A DNA stretch of 64,000 bases, from the IMG/VR virus record IMGVR_UViG_3300008262_000055, one strand, 5' to 3'. The notes below the pieces were generated by a model. It saw only the letters and a program-made list of their open reading frames with translations, did not search any database and was not told the DNA's origin. This document shows positions 1-9,132 of the stretch, one piece after another; position 1 is the first letter of the stretch, and each line of letters opens with the position of its first letter. The stretch is from a virus (Duplodnaviria > Caudoviricetes). Both the position numbers and the translations under genes were made by a program.

Positions 1-529
1 CGAAATCCACAGCCTCTTCAACAAGAATAGTAGCAACACGAGCGGTAAACTCAGTAAAATCCGTTCGCTCAACGTGAAATCCTTGACATCGTGAATGTAA
101 AGCAGGGATAATGCGATTAGGGTAGTTACAGGTGAGGATGAAACGAGCAGTTGAATGATACTCCTCCATGACCCCACGTAACGCTGCTTGAGCATTCGGA
201 CTAAGATAATCAGCTTCATCTAACAGTACCACCTTAAAAGGTCCAAACGGAATCATTTGGACGAAGTTTGTAATTTTGTCTCTAACATCATCGACAGAGT
301 TTGTGCGACTTGCGTTAATTTCTAGAATATCATAATCTTCGATACCAATTTCGTTGATAAGAATTTTTGCTAACGTCGTCTTACCGATGCCAGCATTACC
401 GCTTAACAGTAAATGCGGAATGCTTTTATCTTTGATCCAAGTTTCTACTTGTTTCCGTTGATGGGCATCTCTAAAAACATAACCATCTATGCTCTTAGGT
501 CGATACTTTTCTACCCATAATTCTCTCAT
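1..529 (-). CDS. Clamp loader AAA+ ATPase (RFC small subunit / T4 gp44-like), C-terminus truncated by window edge
   Basis: Hand translation from ATG at 529: MRELWVEKYRP...LLLSGNAGIGKTT (Walker A)...LEINAS...VVLLDEAD (Walker B)...ALHSRC (SRC motif). Absent from the ORF track because it runs off the edge. Confidence 0.93.
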   Translation of the reverse strand, partial: MRELWVEKYRPKSIDGYVFRDAHQRKQVETWIKDKSIPHLLLSGNAGIGKTTLAKILINEIGIEDYDILEINASRTNSVDDVRDKITNFVQMIPFGPFKVVLLDEADYLSPNAQAALRGVMEEYHSTARFILTCNYPNRIIPALHSRCQGFHVERTDFTEFTARVATILVEEAVDF

Positions 530-729
530 TTTTTGTCCTTGTTTATTTGATCTAATTCGTGCGGTTCTGCAAATCTAACATTTGGATCTATCATTTTATA
601 CAACTGAAAAGGTTTCCAGTACTTATGAAGAAGATTGTTTATAACGAGAATAACTGCAAATACAACAATAAACCCGAGTCCTGCTAAAATGCTACTTGCT
701 AAAAAAATTGCTGCTTGATCCATCGTCAT
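526..729 (-). CDS. Small membrane protein, hypothetical (67 aa)
   Basis: One long hydrophobic stretch; ATGA overlaps with both neighbours. Confidence 0.65.
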   Translation of the reverse strand: MTMDQAAIFLASSILAGLGFIVVFAVILVINNLLHKYWKPFQLYKMIDPNVRFAEPHELDQINKDKK

Positions 730-1160
730 GTTTTTAATCCTTTGTTTATTTCAGCAGCAATTACTCGTTGCCGTAATTCACTGGTTGAGAAATTGTGTTC
801 TCGTTTATTAAAATAGAACTCAATGCTACGGGCAGTACACTCAAATCTACCTGTAAAGTCTTGATGTTCATACTCTTGTCCTAATATTCTAACATCTATA
901 GGATAAGAAAGCAAGATGTTTACAAGATCTTGTTCTGTTTCATAGACGAGGATTTCGTCAATATACTTACAGGCTTTGAGTTGTTCGTAGCGTTCAAAAA
1001 CACTTTGGACAGGTTTGTTTTTAATACCAGGACGATCAATAGTAGGGTCAGTTTGTAATCCTACTATCAAGTGATCGCATTGTGTCTTAGCTTCCTTGAG
1101 CATCATAATATGCCCAGCATGGAAGAGATCAAAAGTTGAGCAAGTAAAACCAATTTTCAT
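726..1160 (-). CDS. Cytidylyltransferase, TagD/glycerol-3-phosphate cytidylyltransferase family
   Basis: TFDLFHAGH (HxGH), LIVGLQTD, ERYEQLKACKYIDEI, REHNFSTSELR (RTxGxSTT-like). Confidence 0.85.
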   Translation of the reverse strand: MKIGFTCSTFDLFHAGHIMMLKEAKTQCDHLIVGLQTDPTIDRPGIKNKPVQSVFERYEQLKACKYIDEILVYETEQDLVNILLSYPIDVRILGQEYEHQDFTGRFECTARSIEFYFNKREHNFSTSELRQRVIAAEINKGLKT

Positions 1161-1915
1161 TCAGATACCATATTAATTAGGTTCCTGGCACGATATAATC
1201 TATCGCCAGATGTTTTTTCTCCTAATATAATTATAGCATATTTCTTTTGATTTTTCTCAACTATTATTACCAAACAGCGGCCTGCTGGATCAGTATATCC
1301 AGTTTTACTCAAAGTAATATTATCAAAAATTTTTAATAAATGACTATTGGTATTACCCACTGTCATGTATGTGATTTTTTTCTTGTTTTTGATTTCTACT
1401 TTAAAGAATTTTGATGCTGAGGTATTACTGATTTCTGGATGTTCGTGTGTTTTTGAAACTAATATGACCAAATCTTTGGCGGTACTAATATTGTGTCTTC
1501 CTAGACCGCTTGGATCTTCAAAGCCAGTATTGAGCATTCCTAGCGATTTAGCACGTGAGTTCATGACATTTATAAACACTTCTCGCCCGCCGGGGTACGA
1601 ATTTGCCAATGCTTCTGCGGCTTGATTATCACTCTTTATTAGCAATGATTCTAACAAATCTGATCTTGATACTTTTTTATTTCTCCAAATGCCACCTTTA
1701 TAGTCAACAGCTTCGCTCATGGATAACTTTGACTCCACTATAACTAGAGCAGTCATTAATTTTGTAATTGACGCAATGGGGCGTACTTTATCTTCATTAC
1801 TAGAAGATATAGTTTCTTTTTTTGAAATATCTAGGACTAAATGAGAAGGCCGGTCAACAGCATAGACTTTGTTGATCATCAGTACTGATATTGCTATCAG
1901 TAATGAGCGTTTCAT
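1157..1915 (-). CDS. D-alanyl-D-alanine carboxy/endopeptidase (peptidase S11, PBP7/PbpG-like) with N-terminal signal/anchor
   Basis: ASITKLMT (SxxK), KSDNQAA (SxN), F.DPSGL, SKTGYT (KTG). Confidence 0.9.
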   Translation of the reverse strand: MKRSLLIAISVLMINKVYAVDRPSHLVLDISKKETISSSNEDKVRPIASITKLMTALVIVESKLSMSEAVDYKGGIWRNKKVSRSDLLESLLIKSDNQAAEALANSYPGGREVFINVMNSRAKSLGMLNTGFEDPSGLGRHNISTAKDLVILVSKTHEHPEISNTSASKFFKVEIKNKKKITYMTVGNTNSHLLKIFDNITLSKTGYTDPAGRCLVIIVEKNQKKYAIIILGEKTSGDRLYRARNLINMVSE

Positions 1916-2277
1916 TTAACGAATGGTTTTAGATCCGGGGGTGTCCAACCTAAAGGTTTTAGAACTTTACCATCTTCACGCTTACGCACCTTGCCAGTTT
2001 CTTTGTCGATCTTAGCTAAGTTAGTACGCATGACTTCTTTCCAACCATCCTCTCCGTCGTATCCGCCAGAATGAATGGCACCTATGGTTACTACAATAAA
2101 ATCTAACAAGGCATCTAGCGTTTCTAATCTGTCATTGTTATCAATGGCTACTTTTAGTTCTTTCCATTCTTCTTCCATTAATTTAAGATACAAATTAAAT
2201 TGATCTAAATTAAAATTATCTACTGATTGATCGCAGGCTCGCATAAAACGTTCCTGATCTCTAAATGGATTAGTCAT
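1912..2277 (-). CDS. MazG-like / PRA-PH nucleotide pyrophosphohydrolase
   Basis: EEWKEL...DALLDFIVVTIG...EVMRTNLAK...KREDGKVLKP. Confidence 0.8.
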   Translation of the reverse strand: MTNPFRDQERFMRACDQSVDNFNLDQFNLYLKLMEEEWKELKVAIDNNDRLETLDALLDFIVVTIGAIHSGGYDGEDGWKEVMRTNLAKIDKETGKVRKREDGKVLKPLGWTPPDLKPFVK

Positions 2278-2519
2278 TGTTTCTCCTTGAGGATCCTAAG
2301 TATTTTTTTCTGTTCTTGCTCTTTTAACCAACGGTGCTCTAGTTCACCAAAGTCGGGAGCATCGGCTAATGCTTCTTCTACTATGTATTTGATAAGATAA
2401 AGATCTTTTTTACATTCGAAAGCAGTGAAGCCGTCGTTATAAGCACTAGCACATTCCCTTGATAGAGAACGCAGCTGATTGGCTATATCGGCAGCATCCC
2501 AACTTTTTCTAAAACCCAT
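2274..2519 (-). CDS. Hypothetical protein (81 aa)
   Basis: ORF tightly packed in operon. Confidence 0.65.
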   Translation of the reverse strand: MGFRKSWDAADIANQLRSLSRECASAYNDGFTAFECKKDLYLIKYIVEEALADAPDFGELEHRWLKEQEQKKILRILKEKQ

Positions 2520-2878
2520 TAAGAATTTACCAGAGGTATAAAATTATCGTCTGATGTTGGTGGGTCGTTTGAAATAGCTAACATACATTTAATGTCAACT
2601 TTACGTACAGTTTTTATTCCGTCGCCGTCGTCTATCTCCATGCCCCTAGTCCAACGACCGTGTTCGACTAAAACCCATTGACCTTCTTTGACGTCTTTTT
2701 GCTCTGGGCCTATTTTGTATACCTTGCCCCAACGTGGTTTAATACCATGTACCTTACCATCGTCGGATTTTAAAATGATACCGGAACTGGTTTTCTTTTC
2801 TCCAAATTCCATATCAATAATTAAAACGTCGGCATGGATTGCCCTAATTTTTAATTTCTTTGGTTCGTAAGCAGCCAT
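2519..2878 (-). CDS. groES: Co-chaperonin GroES-like (phage gp31-type)
   Basis: KTSSGIIL mobile loop, GKVYKIGP, VKEGQWVL. Confidence 0.8.
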   Translation of the reverse strand: MAAYEPKKLKIRAIHADVLIIDMEFGEKKTSSGIILKSDDGKVHGIKPRWGKVYKIGPEQKDVKEGQWVLVEHGRWTRGMEIDDGDGIKTVRKVDIKCMLAISNDPPTSDDNFIPLVNS

Positions 2879-2879
2879 T

Positions 2880-3101
2880 TTATTCCTGAGCTTTCTTTTC
2901 CGATTTTACACTCTTAGGATTTTTTTCATAATAATCAGAAACGATATCTTCACGCTTTCTAATAATTTGTCCGCCAGGCCCCAATTCATCCCCGCGAGCA
3001 TTAACTCTAGCATTTCCTACTGCCGGAGTTAGTTCATTTAATAGGGCTAGTTTTTCCATGTCGATCTCTTTGCCCTGCATTGTTCTATAAGTCTTTCCCA
3101 T
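2880..3101 (-). CDS. Hypothetical phage protein (73 aa)
   Basis: Start re-assigned to ATG 3101 (MGKTYRTMQGKEIDM), which follows an AGGAG SD and a TTAAATA core at 3140-3146. Confidence 0.7.
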   Translation of the reverse strand: MGKTYRTMQGKEIDMEKLALLNELTPAVGNARVNARGDELGPGGQIIRKREDIVSDYYEKNPKSVKSEKKAQE

Positions 3102-3102
3102 T

Positions 3103-3576
3103 TTATTCTCCTTTAAAGAAGTCCGATATAGGTAATCTATATTTAACACTATCTATCTTATGTATACCTATAAGATACAAACAGTAGCTAGAAACGGAAC
3201 TTCCCCTACCTACTCCCCAGACTATGTTATTTTTTCTTAGTGTATCTACAAGATATTTCATAACTTTTAACACATCTAACATATTGTGTTTTTTGTATAG
3301 ATTTAGTTCTTCGACTAATCTATCATAATTTTCTTTTGGACATTGATTTACCAAAAATTCTTCTATATCCATTTCCTTATACTCTTTAGGAATAAACCAT
3401 TTTCGTCCCTGTGGTTCCTCAATCAAAGGAAAAGGATAAGGGAGTTTTTCATCACTTATCCTTTGGATATAATTTTCAATATTTGGATTGTCTGTGTCTA
3501 CAAGGCAGTGCTCCAAAATATTCGGACCGTGCTTTAAGATACCTTGTAATAGATTTTCGTCTGTATTAATCGACAT
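3103..3576 (-). CDS. Stand-alone DNA polymerase III alpha (DnaE)-like fragment (157 aa)
   Basis: RLVEEL...YLVDTLRKNNIVWGVGRGSSVSSYCLYLIGIHKIDSVKY matches the DnaE GxGRGS region; ORF ends before the PDxDxD catalytic motif. Confidence 0.8.
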   Translation of the reverse strand: MSINTDENLLQGILKHGPNILEHCLVDTDNPNIENYIQRISDEKLPYPFPLIEEPQGRKWFIPKEYKEMDIEEFLVNQCPKENYDRLVEELNLYKKHNMLDVLKVMKYLVDTLRKNNIVWGVGRGSSVSSYCLYLIGIHKIDSVKYRLPISDFFKGE

Positions 3577-3808
3577 TAATAAGTTGACCCAAGTCTTCGT
3601 TCGTTACGTTGTTGTTCATAGATAATGATTTAGCTTGTCGTTTACGCATTTCATCTCTATATATTGTAACAAATGTTGACAGTTGTGTCAATAGTTCTTG
3701 GCTTCCTAAACGGGATGCTTGATAATGTTTTTTAGTCAATTCTTGTAATTTAGATTCTACTTCTGAATCTTTAAGTTTACTAAGATCGCCTTCAAGCGGA
3801 TGGAACAT
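3566..3808 (-). CDS. Hypothetical protein (80 aa)
   Basis: ORF packed in operon. Confidence 0.65.
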   Translation of the reverse strand: MFHPLEGDLSKLKDSEVESKLQELTKKHYQASRLGSQELLTQLSTFVTIYRDEMRKRQAKSLSMNNNVTNEDLGQLINVD

Positions 3809-4398
3809 TATGAAAATTGTCCTAAATAGTTAAGGAAAATAACTCTACCCAAAGAACCTGGATCTTGACTTTTGGCTCTAGTTATTATTTCAATTAAAAT
3901 TGGATTAGATGTGCTGGACACAGCTAACGATGTTGGAAAATTGCTGCTTTTTTTGATAGGATACGCACCGTCTGTAAAAAAAGATACATTATAAGTTCCG
4001 CCATCGGATAATAATTCTACTGTAACTTTGTTTACGTTATCAGTTGAAAATCCTTCAAACTCAAAAGTTACATCATCATCTAGTCGATAAACTTGATAAT
4101 CTGCATTTCCAAAATTTATATCGATTCTATTACTTACACCGGAACCAGTTCCGTAATTATTAAGACTATGTTGATTTTGTTTTAATACCGCATTTGATAA
4201 GACTTTGTTGTTATAGCTATTGTCACGATCAAGTCTAGCAGTATAATTTAGTAATTCATCTATTTCTGTTTTGGCAGTGTTTAACGCAGTCTTGATATAT
4301 GAGAAGTTATCTCTAAAGCCTTGTGTATCATTATCCACACCAGCAACAGGATAGGCCTCGTCAATGGCTGTTGCGTTAATATTACTGTTTGTTGGCAT
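3808..4398 (-). CDS. Putative virion structural protein (196 aa)
   Basis: YPVAGVDNDTQGFRDNF N-terminus followed by coiled coil; GGAG SD; AATAAATA late core at 4420-4427. Confidence 0.6.
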   Translation of the reverse strand: MPTNSNINATAIDEAYPVAGVDNDTQGFRDNFSYIKTALNTAKTEIDELLNYTARLDRDNSYNNKVLSNAVLKQNQHSLNNYGTGSGVSNRIDINFGNADYQVYRLDDDVTFEFEGFSTDNVNKVTVELLSDGGTYNVSFFTDGAYPIKKSSNFPTSLAVSSTSNPILIEIITRAKSQDPGSLGRVIFLNYLGQFS

Positions 4399-4422
4399 CT
4401 TTTATCTCCACCTTATAGGTAT

Positions 4423-6996
4423 TTATTGTCTAAATTTCTCTGCTTCAAATGTTGGAAATGCGAGATATTTATCCTCTATTTCTCCGTCTAAAGCATCTAT
4501 GATATAGCGATCTACTTCAAAGTCTAAAACTTTGAAATCAAATTGACTGTTTTTAATGTTTAGTATAATATCATCTGCTTGCCCGGGTTTAACGTAGCAC
4601 AGCGGAATCATACTTACAAATCCTGGTTCTGCAAATTGATCTTCTTGAATACTTCTCATCCATAACGGTAAGTATGACCTATCTCTATCTCCGGTCTGCT
4701 TAAGTCGCTTACGCATATTTTTAATAGAGTTTGGAAATATCCGTTGGTGATCTTCATCGCTGGCTAAGGGAATATCGCTGCTGACATTTATTCTTGTGTT
4801 ATTAATCAAAAATGGACTGTTGATAGTATCTGATAATGCTATTAAACTAGATATACTCTTTCCGTTCTTAACTAAAGGATCGACTATTTCTACATATACT
4901 ACTTCATATATTACATTTTGAGTAGATGTATCTTTGGCTACTGCTTTTTTTACACTACCAAAATTTAGTCTTTTGAAGTAATGATTTCTACTCATTGCCT
5001 GTACAAAGGTTTCGGCGTTGTTGCTTTCGATACCAGCAAACATCAGCATTTTAATTTCGTCCTGGACGCCAAACGCAGGATCGCCGTAACGATAGATTTT
5101 TTCTGGAATAAAAATAGAAAAATCTGAAATAAAATTATTCCAAACTTCTCTCTTTGATTTTTTCTGATAGGCTTTAAAATATAAGTTACTATAGACTATG
5201 TCAGCTTGTGTTTCTATTTTTATCTGAAAAGTTTTAGCACTTTCTGTATAGTTTAAGATATCTCTGGCTTCAACAATAAATGTATAGACTCTATCAAAAG
5301 ATGTTAAGTTACTGTCATATGTTGTTGAGGTATAATCTCTAGCACTGCTGCCATCCCAATTATAAAATCTAGTTATGCCTTCTACTAACTCTGTGCCTAT
5401 TTGATTAACCTTACCGTATATTTCACCTGACGGTAACAATTTTAATCCCGGAGGTAGATGTCCTGATCTTAGTTGATAAAATACATTTCCGCCGTTTATT
5501 TTAGACTGTGCTTCTACAAATAACATACTGTCTTTATTAGGACTGATAGTACCTAGCTCTCTATCTGATATCCATACAATACCGCTTTCAATTTCGCCCA
5601 ATACTCTTAGATTGAACGTTCTAGCCGTTGAAGCAGATACGCCGTTGTCGTATGTGTTTACAGCACTTACTGTAAATTTGTAATCTGTTGTTATTCTTGG
5701 TTGATAAGGTAAACTACCTACTAGTTCTCCTGTTATTGTATCGAGATCTAACCCTGGAGGAAATACACTGTCGTTGCCAAATATTATCTCAGCATCTTGA
5801 ATTACTCTTTCACCTAGACTAGGATTAAACGTAATTCCATACCTAGCAGTATATCCATCAATTTTTTCTACTTGTAAAATTGTGTAGGTTCCAAGGGAAC
5901 TGTCTAGATAATTGTAAACATTAGCAACAGCAAACTTTTGATTTCTTCTAGGTAAGCCAGTTACGCCTTTAGGGTCTGGAACTATGTCTACTTCAATATA
6001 ATCTGTTTCGTCTCTAAATATTCTAACAGATTTTCCGCTAAATTCGGGATTGATTGTTTCTGATCTATATGAAATATAACCAGGCATTGATGGCGGATTA
6101 TATACATCTAAATAAACTGTTACATAATTATTAGCACGTCTAATTCCCAGATCTGATTCAGTTAACCATATTGGTCTTCTTACATAGGTATTATCCGCTC
6201 TAAATATACCTGTGCCTACTTGCATTATAGTATTGTCAGATCTTAGGAAATCTTCGCTGACAACATAAATTTGGAAAGTTCGACGGTCTTCAAATAATCC
6301 GTCTGTGGCAACTACTGTAAATTGATAGTAGCGTGTTAATCGTCTTGGAAATCCTGTTTCGTCAAAGTAGTCAAAGGTTCTTGAATCAAAATCAAAACTG
6401 TCAAAGCCATTAATGGGTCTAGTACCTAGATCATAAGGTTCAGAATCAAATAAATTTAAATCAAAATTACCGCTGTATATCTTGTAGTCTAAGGCAAAAA
6501 TAGGATCGGTGAACCCTGTAATACGTCCGCCTCTTGATAATGTTAATCCTGGAGGAAGTTCCCCGCCGTTGTAAGGAATGTAGTATTCTATAGTGTCCCC
6601 GGCAGGCATATCGGGATCCATAGCTATTAATTGAAAATCTACTTTATCGTTGTCAAGAACAAAAAATGTTGAATTAGGACCTACTGGTAATAGGCCTCCT
6701 GTAGTTACCCATCGAGGTTCGTCGTACCCTCCTACAGATATACTAAATGTTCTATCTTTATTTTCTACACCATCGCTGGCTCGTATAACAAACCGTGAAG
6801 TAGTAGGTTTAGAAACTTCAAACGGAGTTCCTAGAATGTTATTATTTTCTAATCTAAGACCTCTAGGCAAGGATCCTGCCTGTATAGAAAAGGTCACTGG
6901 CCCTTGAGTTGATGTGGCAAGTATTGTTATATCTTGCCTATCTCTCTCATTTATGCTCCCTAGAGACCCAGGGGGTGTTATCCAAGACAGTGACAT
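4423..6996 (-). CDS. Putative baseplate wedge protein with Ig-like repeats (857 aa)
   Basis: Repeated G.LP.GL.L...G.I.G motifs (putative Ig/He_PIG-like), context in tail module. Confidence 0.65.
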   Translation of the reverse strand: MSLSWITPPGSLGSINERDRQDITILATSTQGPVTFSIQAGSLPRGLRLENNNILGTPFEVSKPTTSRFVIRASDGVENKDRTFSISVGGYDEPRWVTTGGLLPVGPNSTFFVLDNDKVDFQLIAMDPDMPAGDTIEYYIPYNGGELPPGLTLSRGGRITGFTDPIFALDYKIYSGNFDLNLFDSEPYDLGTRPINGFDSFDFDSRTFDYFDETGFPRRLTRYYQFTVVATDGLFEDRRTFQIYVVSEDFLRSDNTIMQVGTGIFRADNTYVRRPIWLTESDLGIRRANNYVTVYLDVYNPPSMPGYISYRSETINPEFSGKSVRIFRDETDYIEVDIVPDPKGVTGLPRRNQKFAVANVYNYLDSSLGTYTILQVEKIDGYTARYGITFNPSLGERVIQDAEIIFGNDSVFPPGLDLDTITGELVGSLPYQPRITTDYKFTVSAVNTYDNGVSASTARTFNLRVLGEIESGIVWISDRELGTISPNKDSMLFVEAQSKINGGNVFYQLRSGHLPPGLKLLPSGEIYGKVNQIGTELVEGITRFYNWDGSSARDYTSTTYDSNLTSFDRVYTFIVEARDILNYTESAKTFQIKIETQADIVYSNLYFKAYQKKSKREVWNNFISDFSIFIPEKIYRYGDPAFGVQDEIKMLMFAGIESNNAETFVQAMSRNHYFKRLNFGSVKKAVAKDTSTQNVIYEVVYVEIVDPLVKNGKSISSLIALSDTINSPFLINNTRINVSSDIPLASDEDHQRIFPNSIKNMRKRLKQTGDRDRSYLPLWMRSIQEDQFAEPGFVSMIPLCYVKPGQADDIILNIKNSQFDFKVLDFEVDRYIIDALDGEIEDKYLAFPTFEAEKFRQ

Positions 6997-7006
6997 TCAT
7001 GATTCC

Positions 7007-8377
7007 TTAGAATGTGGCTAAAATAACAGGAGTTCTAATCCATATGTCAGCAACACCATCCCACGGTGCTATGCAGAAATAAATGTAATTGGCGTTTGCG
7101 TATATCATACCTGGCATATCACCGTTAAGACCTTTTGATGTAGCAGGAACAACATCTCTAAATGTAGCAAGCGGTGTACTAGTAGATGGATTAAAGAACC
7201 TTACAGTCTGCCCGCTTACGTTCCCTGAAGGAGTAAAAGTGCCAGTGGTTGTTACAGTACTACCTACGACGCTCTGAACTTCTAATTCTGAAGTACCACT
7301 TAGATAGAATTTAGCCCCATTTTTAATACCAGAACCAGATGTAACTGTAAAGTTAGTAGTTGAAACACCGTCGGGGATAGTAGCACTGAGCGTAGTAGTT
7401 ACTTCTACGTTACTGTTGATTCCGCCCCAAGCAGATAAGTTATCACCATCTAGTGTTAGATGTCTATCAGCAATGTTCAATCCGTTTTGGAAATAACCTG
7501 TGGTAAATCTATATTCTCTATTACCTACTCTTGAAGTGTCGTTAACCGCAGGAATAACTTCATCAACAGTTCCATTAGCATTAATACGTGATTCAACTCC
7601 ATCAACAAGCCTTGTAGAGTCATTGCCATAAACAGAGCCAAATACATCACCTAAAAGATTTGCTGGTAGTGTAATATCTCCGCTTAATCTAGTGTCAAAC
7701 AGAACATCACCTCCAGGAGTTTGTACAGCACCAATAAATGATCCAGTAACAACACCAGCTACGTTTCCGTTGACATCACCAAGAACATTACCTATAACGT
7801 TTCCAGTATGAGTTCCTGCGGTATTACCAGTGACATTAGCAAACACGGGACCAACTATTCTTCCTGATGTAGCATCAACTAATAACGTTGAATTATCTGC
7901 AAATATAGATCCAGTAACGTCTCCAGTATGATATCCCTCAGTGTTTCCATTGACAGTAGTAGCATCTACAATGTTAGCATAAACTGTATTCCATTTTTTA
8001 AGTGGAGCACCTAAGTCGTATGAATTATTTGTATCTGGAACAATATTAGAAATTATTTCTGCTTTAAATTCTACTTCGTCTGCGTCATTATTACCAAGTG
8101 TAATAGTTCCGTCTGATGTTATATTACCTGTAGCATGTATGTTACCAGTTACATCGATATCACCAGTTATGTCAATATTGCCTGTACCGGTAATGTCATT
8201 TCCGTTTAGAACAATATCATCAATAATTGTTCCGCCACTAGCTAATAGTTTTCCGCCGGCTAAGGCTCCGTCTCCTATATAGATCGCTTTTTGATCCGTG
8301 TCATAAACCAACTCTCCATTGAGTGGAGTGTAAGTTAATCTTTCAGCTGTGGTTCCTCTTTTTAATCTTAGAGCCAT
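7007..8377 (-). CDS. Tail fibre-like protein with Mtd-type N-terminal domain (456 aa)
   Basis: MALRLKRGT...TP..GELVYDTD...IYIGDG N-terminus; G-x-V-x-G fibre repeats; duplicated GS(I/V)(F/Y)..DST.LVD. Confidence 0.7.
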   Translation of the reverse strand: MALRLKRGTTAERLTYTPLNGELVYDTDQKAIYIGDGALAGGKLLASGGTIIDDIVLNGNDITGTGNIDITGDIDVTGNIHATGNITSDGTITLGNNDADEVEFKAEIISNIVPDTNNSYDLGAPLKKWNTVYANIVDATTVNGNTEGYHTGDVTGSIFADNSTLLVDATSGRIVGPVFANVTGNTAGTHTGNVIGNVLGDVNGNVAGVVTGSFIGAVQTPGGDVLFDTRLSGDITLPANLLGDVFGSVYGNDSTRLVDGVESRINANGTVDEVIPAVNDTSRVGNREYRFTTGYFQNGLNIADRHLTLDGDNLSAWGGINSNVEVTTTLSATIPDGVSTTNFTVTSGSGIKNGAKFYLSGTSELEVQSVVGSTVTTTGTFTPSGNVSGQTVRFFNPSTSTPLATFRDVVPATSKGLNGDMPGMIYANANYIYFCIAPWDGVADIWIRTPVILATF

Positions 8378-8390
8378 TTATAATTCTCCG

Positions 8391-9110
8391 TTAAAACGTT
8401 CCGAGATCTATTTCTAGATCGGTTGGGACTATTATAGTTCCCATGTCAAAGTCACTGTTGGAAACAAGAAATTGTAGAGCATTGTTGAATACATTTGTAT
8501 AAGTTCCAAAATCAAAAGAATACAACGCACTCACTGATTCAAAACCATTGTAGCCCCAAAGATCTCCATTAAAATTGTTAGCAGTAATGTTCCCGTTAAT
8601 TGTTATATTACCAGTACCGATAATATTATTTGTGTTTAAATCTAGATTCTGTAATAAAAGATTTCCTACAGGATCAGTATTAATTGTTATTGTTTTACCG
8701 TTAACTTCTAGATTAGTGTTAACCCCGCCTACAAAAGTTAGGGTTGTATCAGAAGTATCAGCACCAATTATTATACTAGCTTCTGGTACCGAAACTTTAG
8801 TAAAAACATTTTGTAACGGAGTAGAAATAGTAATATCGTTGGAATTTTCTGTAACTGTTATGTTAGCAGAACCTTTTATAGACCTAAATTCTAACCTATC
8901 TGACTCCGTTTCCGGAGCAATAGTTGCGTCGCCGTTAGCGTTTGATTTTCTTTTGTATACAGCAGCACCGTCGCCTAAACTGCGTCCTGCTAGAACTAAC
9001 TCGCTGTTTAACGATAAAAGGCTATTATTAACCTTTTGAAAAGCCGTGCGTAGATCGTCACCGAGCCCGTCGTTAACTAAATTTCCTATGTTTACTGTTT
9101 CTATAGCCAT
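8391..9110 (-). CDS. Baseplate/tail protein, T4 gp9/gp10-like N-terminus
   Basis: INIGNLVNDGLGDDLRTAFQKVN motif; GATAAATA late core at 9130-9137. Confidence 0.7.
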   Translation of the reverse strand: MAIETVNIGNLVNDGLGDDLRTAFQKVNNSLLSLNSELVLAGRSLGDGAAVYKRKSNANGDATIAPETESDRLEFRSIKGSANITVTENSNDITISTPLQNVFTKVSVPEASIIIGADTSDTTLTFVGGVNTNLEVNGKTITINTDPVGNLLLQNLDLNTNNIIGTGNITINGNITANNFNGDLWGYNGFESVSALYSFDFGTYTNVFNNALQFLVSNSDFDMGTIIVPTDLEIDLGTF

Positions 9111-9132
9111 AATTATTGTTTCTATCTAATAT

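Noticed and set aside
3103-3576. Split-intein DnaE N-fragment
   Set aside because: No intein N-terminal (C/S)L motif or HINT sequence at the C-terminus; the break point is far upstream of the cyanobacterial DnaE split site
7007-8377. Diversity-generating retroelement suggested by the Mtd-like N-terminus
   Set aside because: No reverse transcriptase and no template/variable repeat pair differing at adenines was seen in the window
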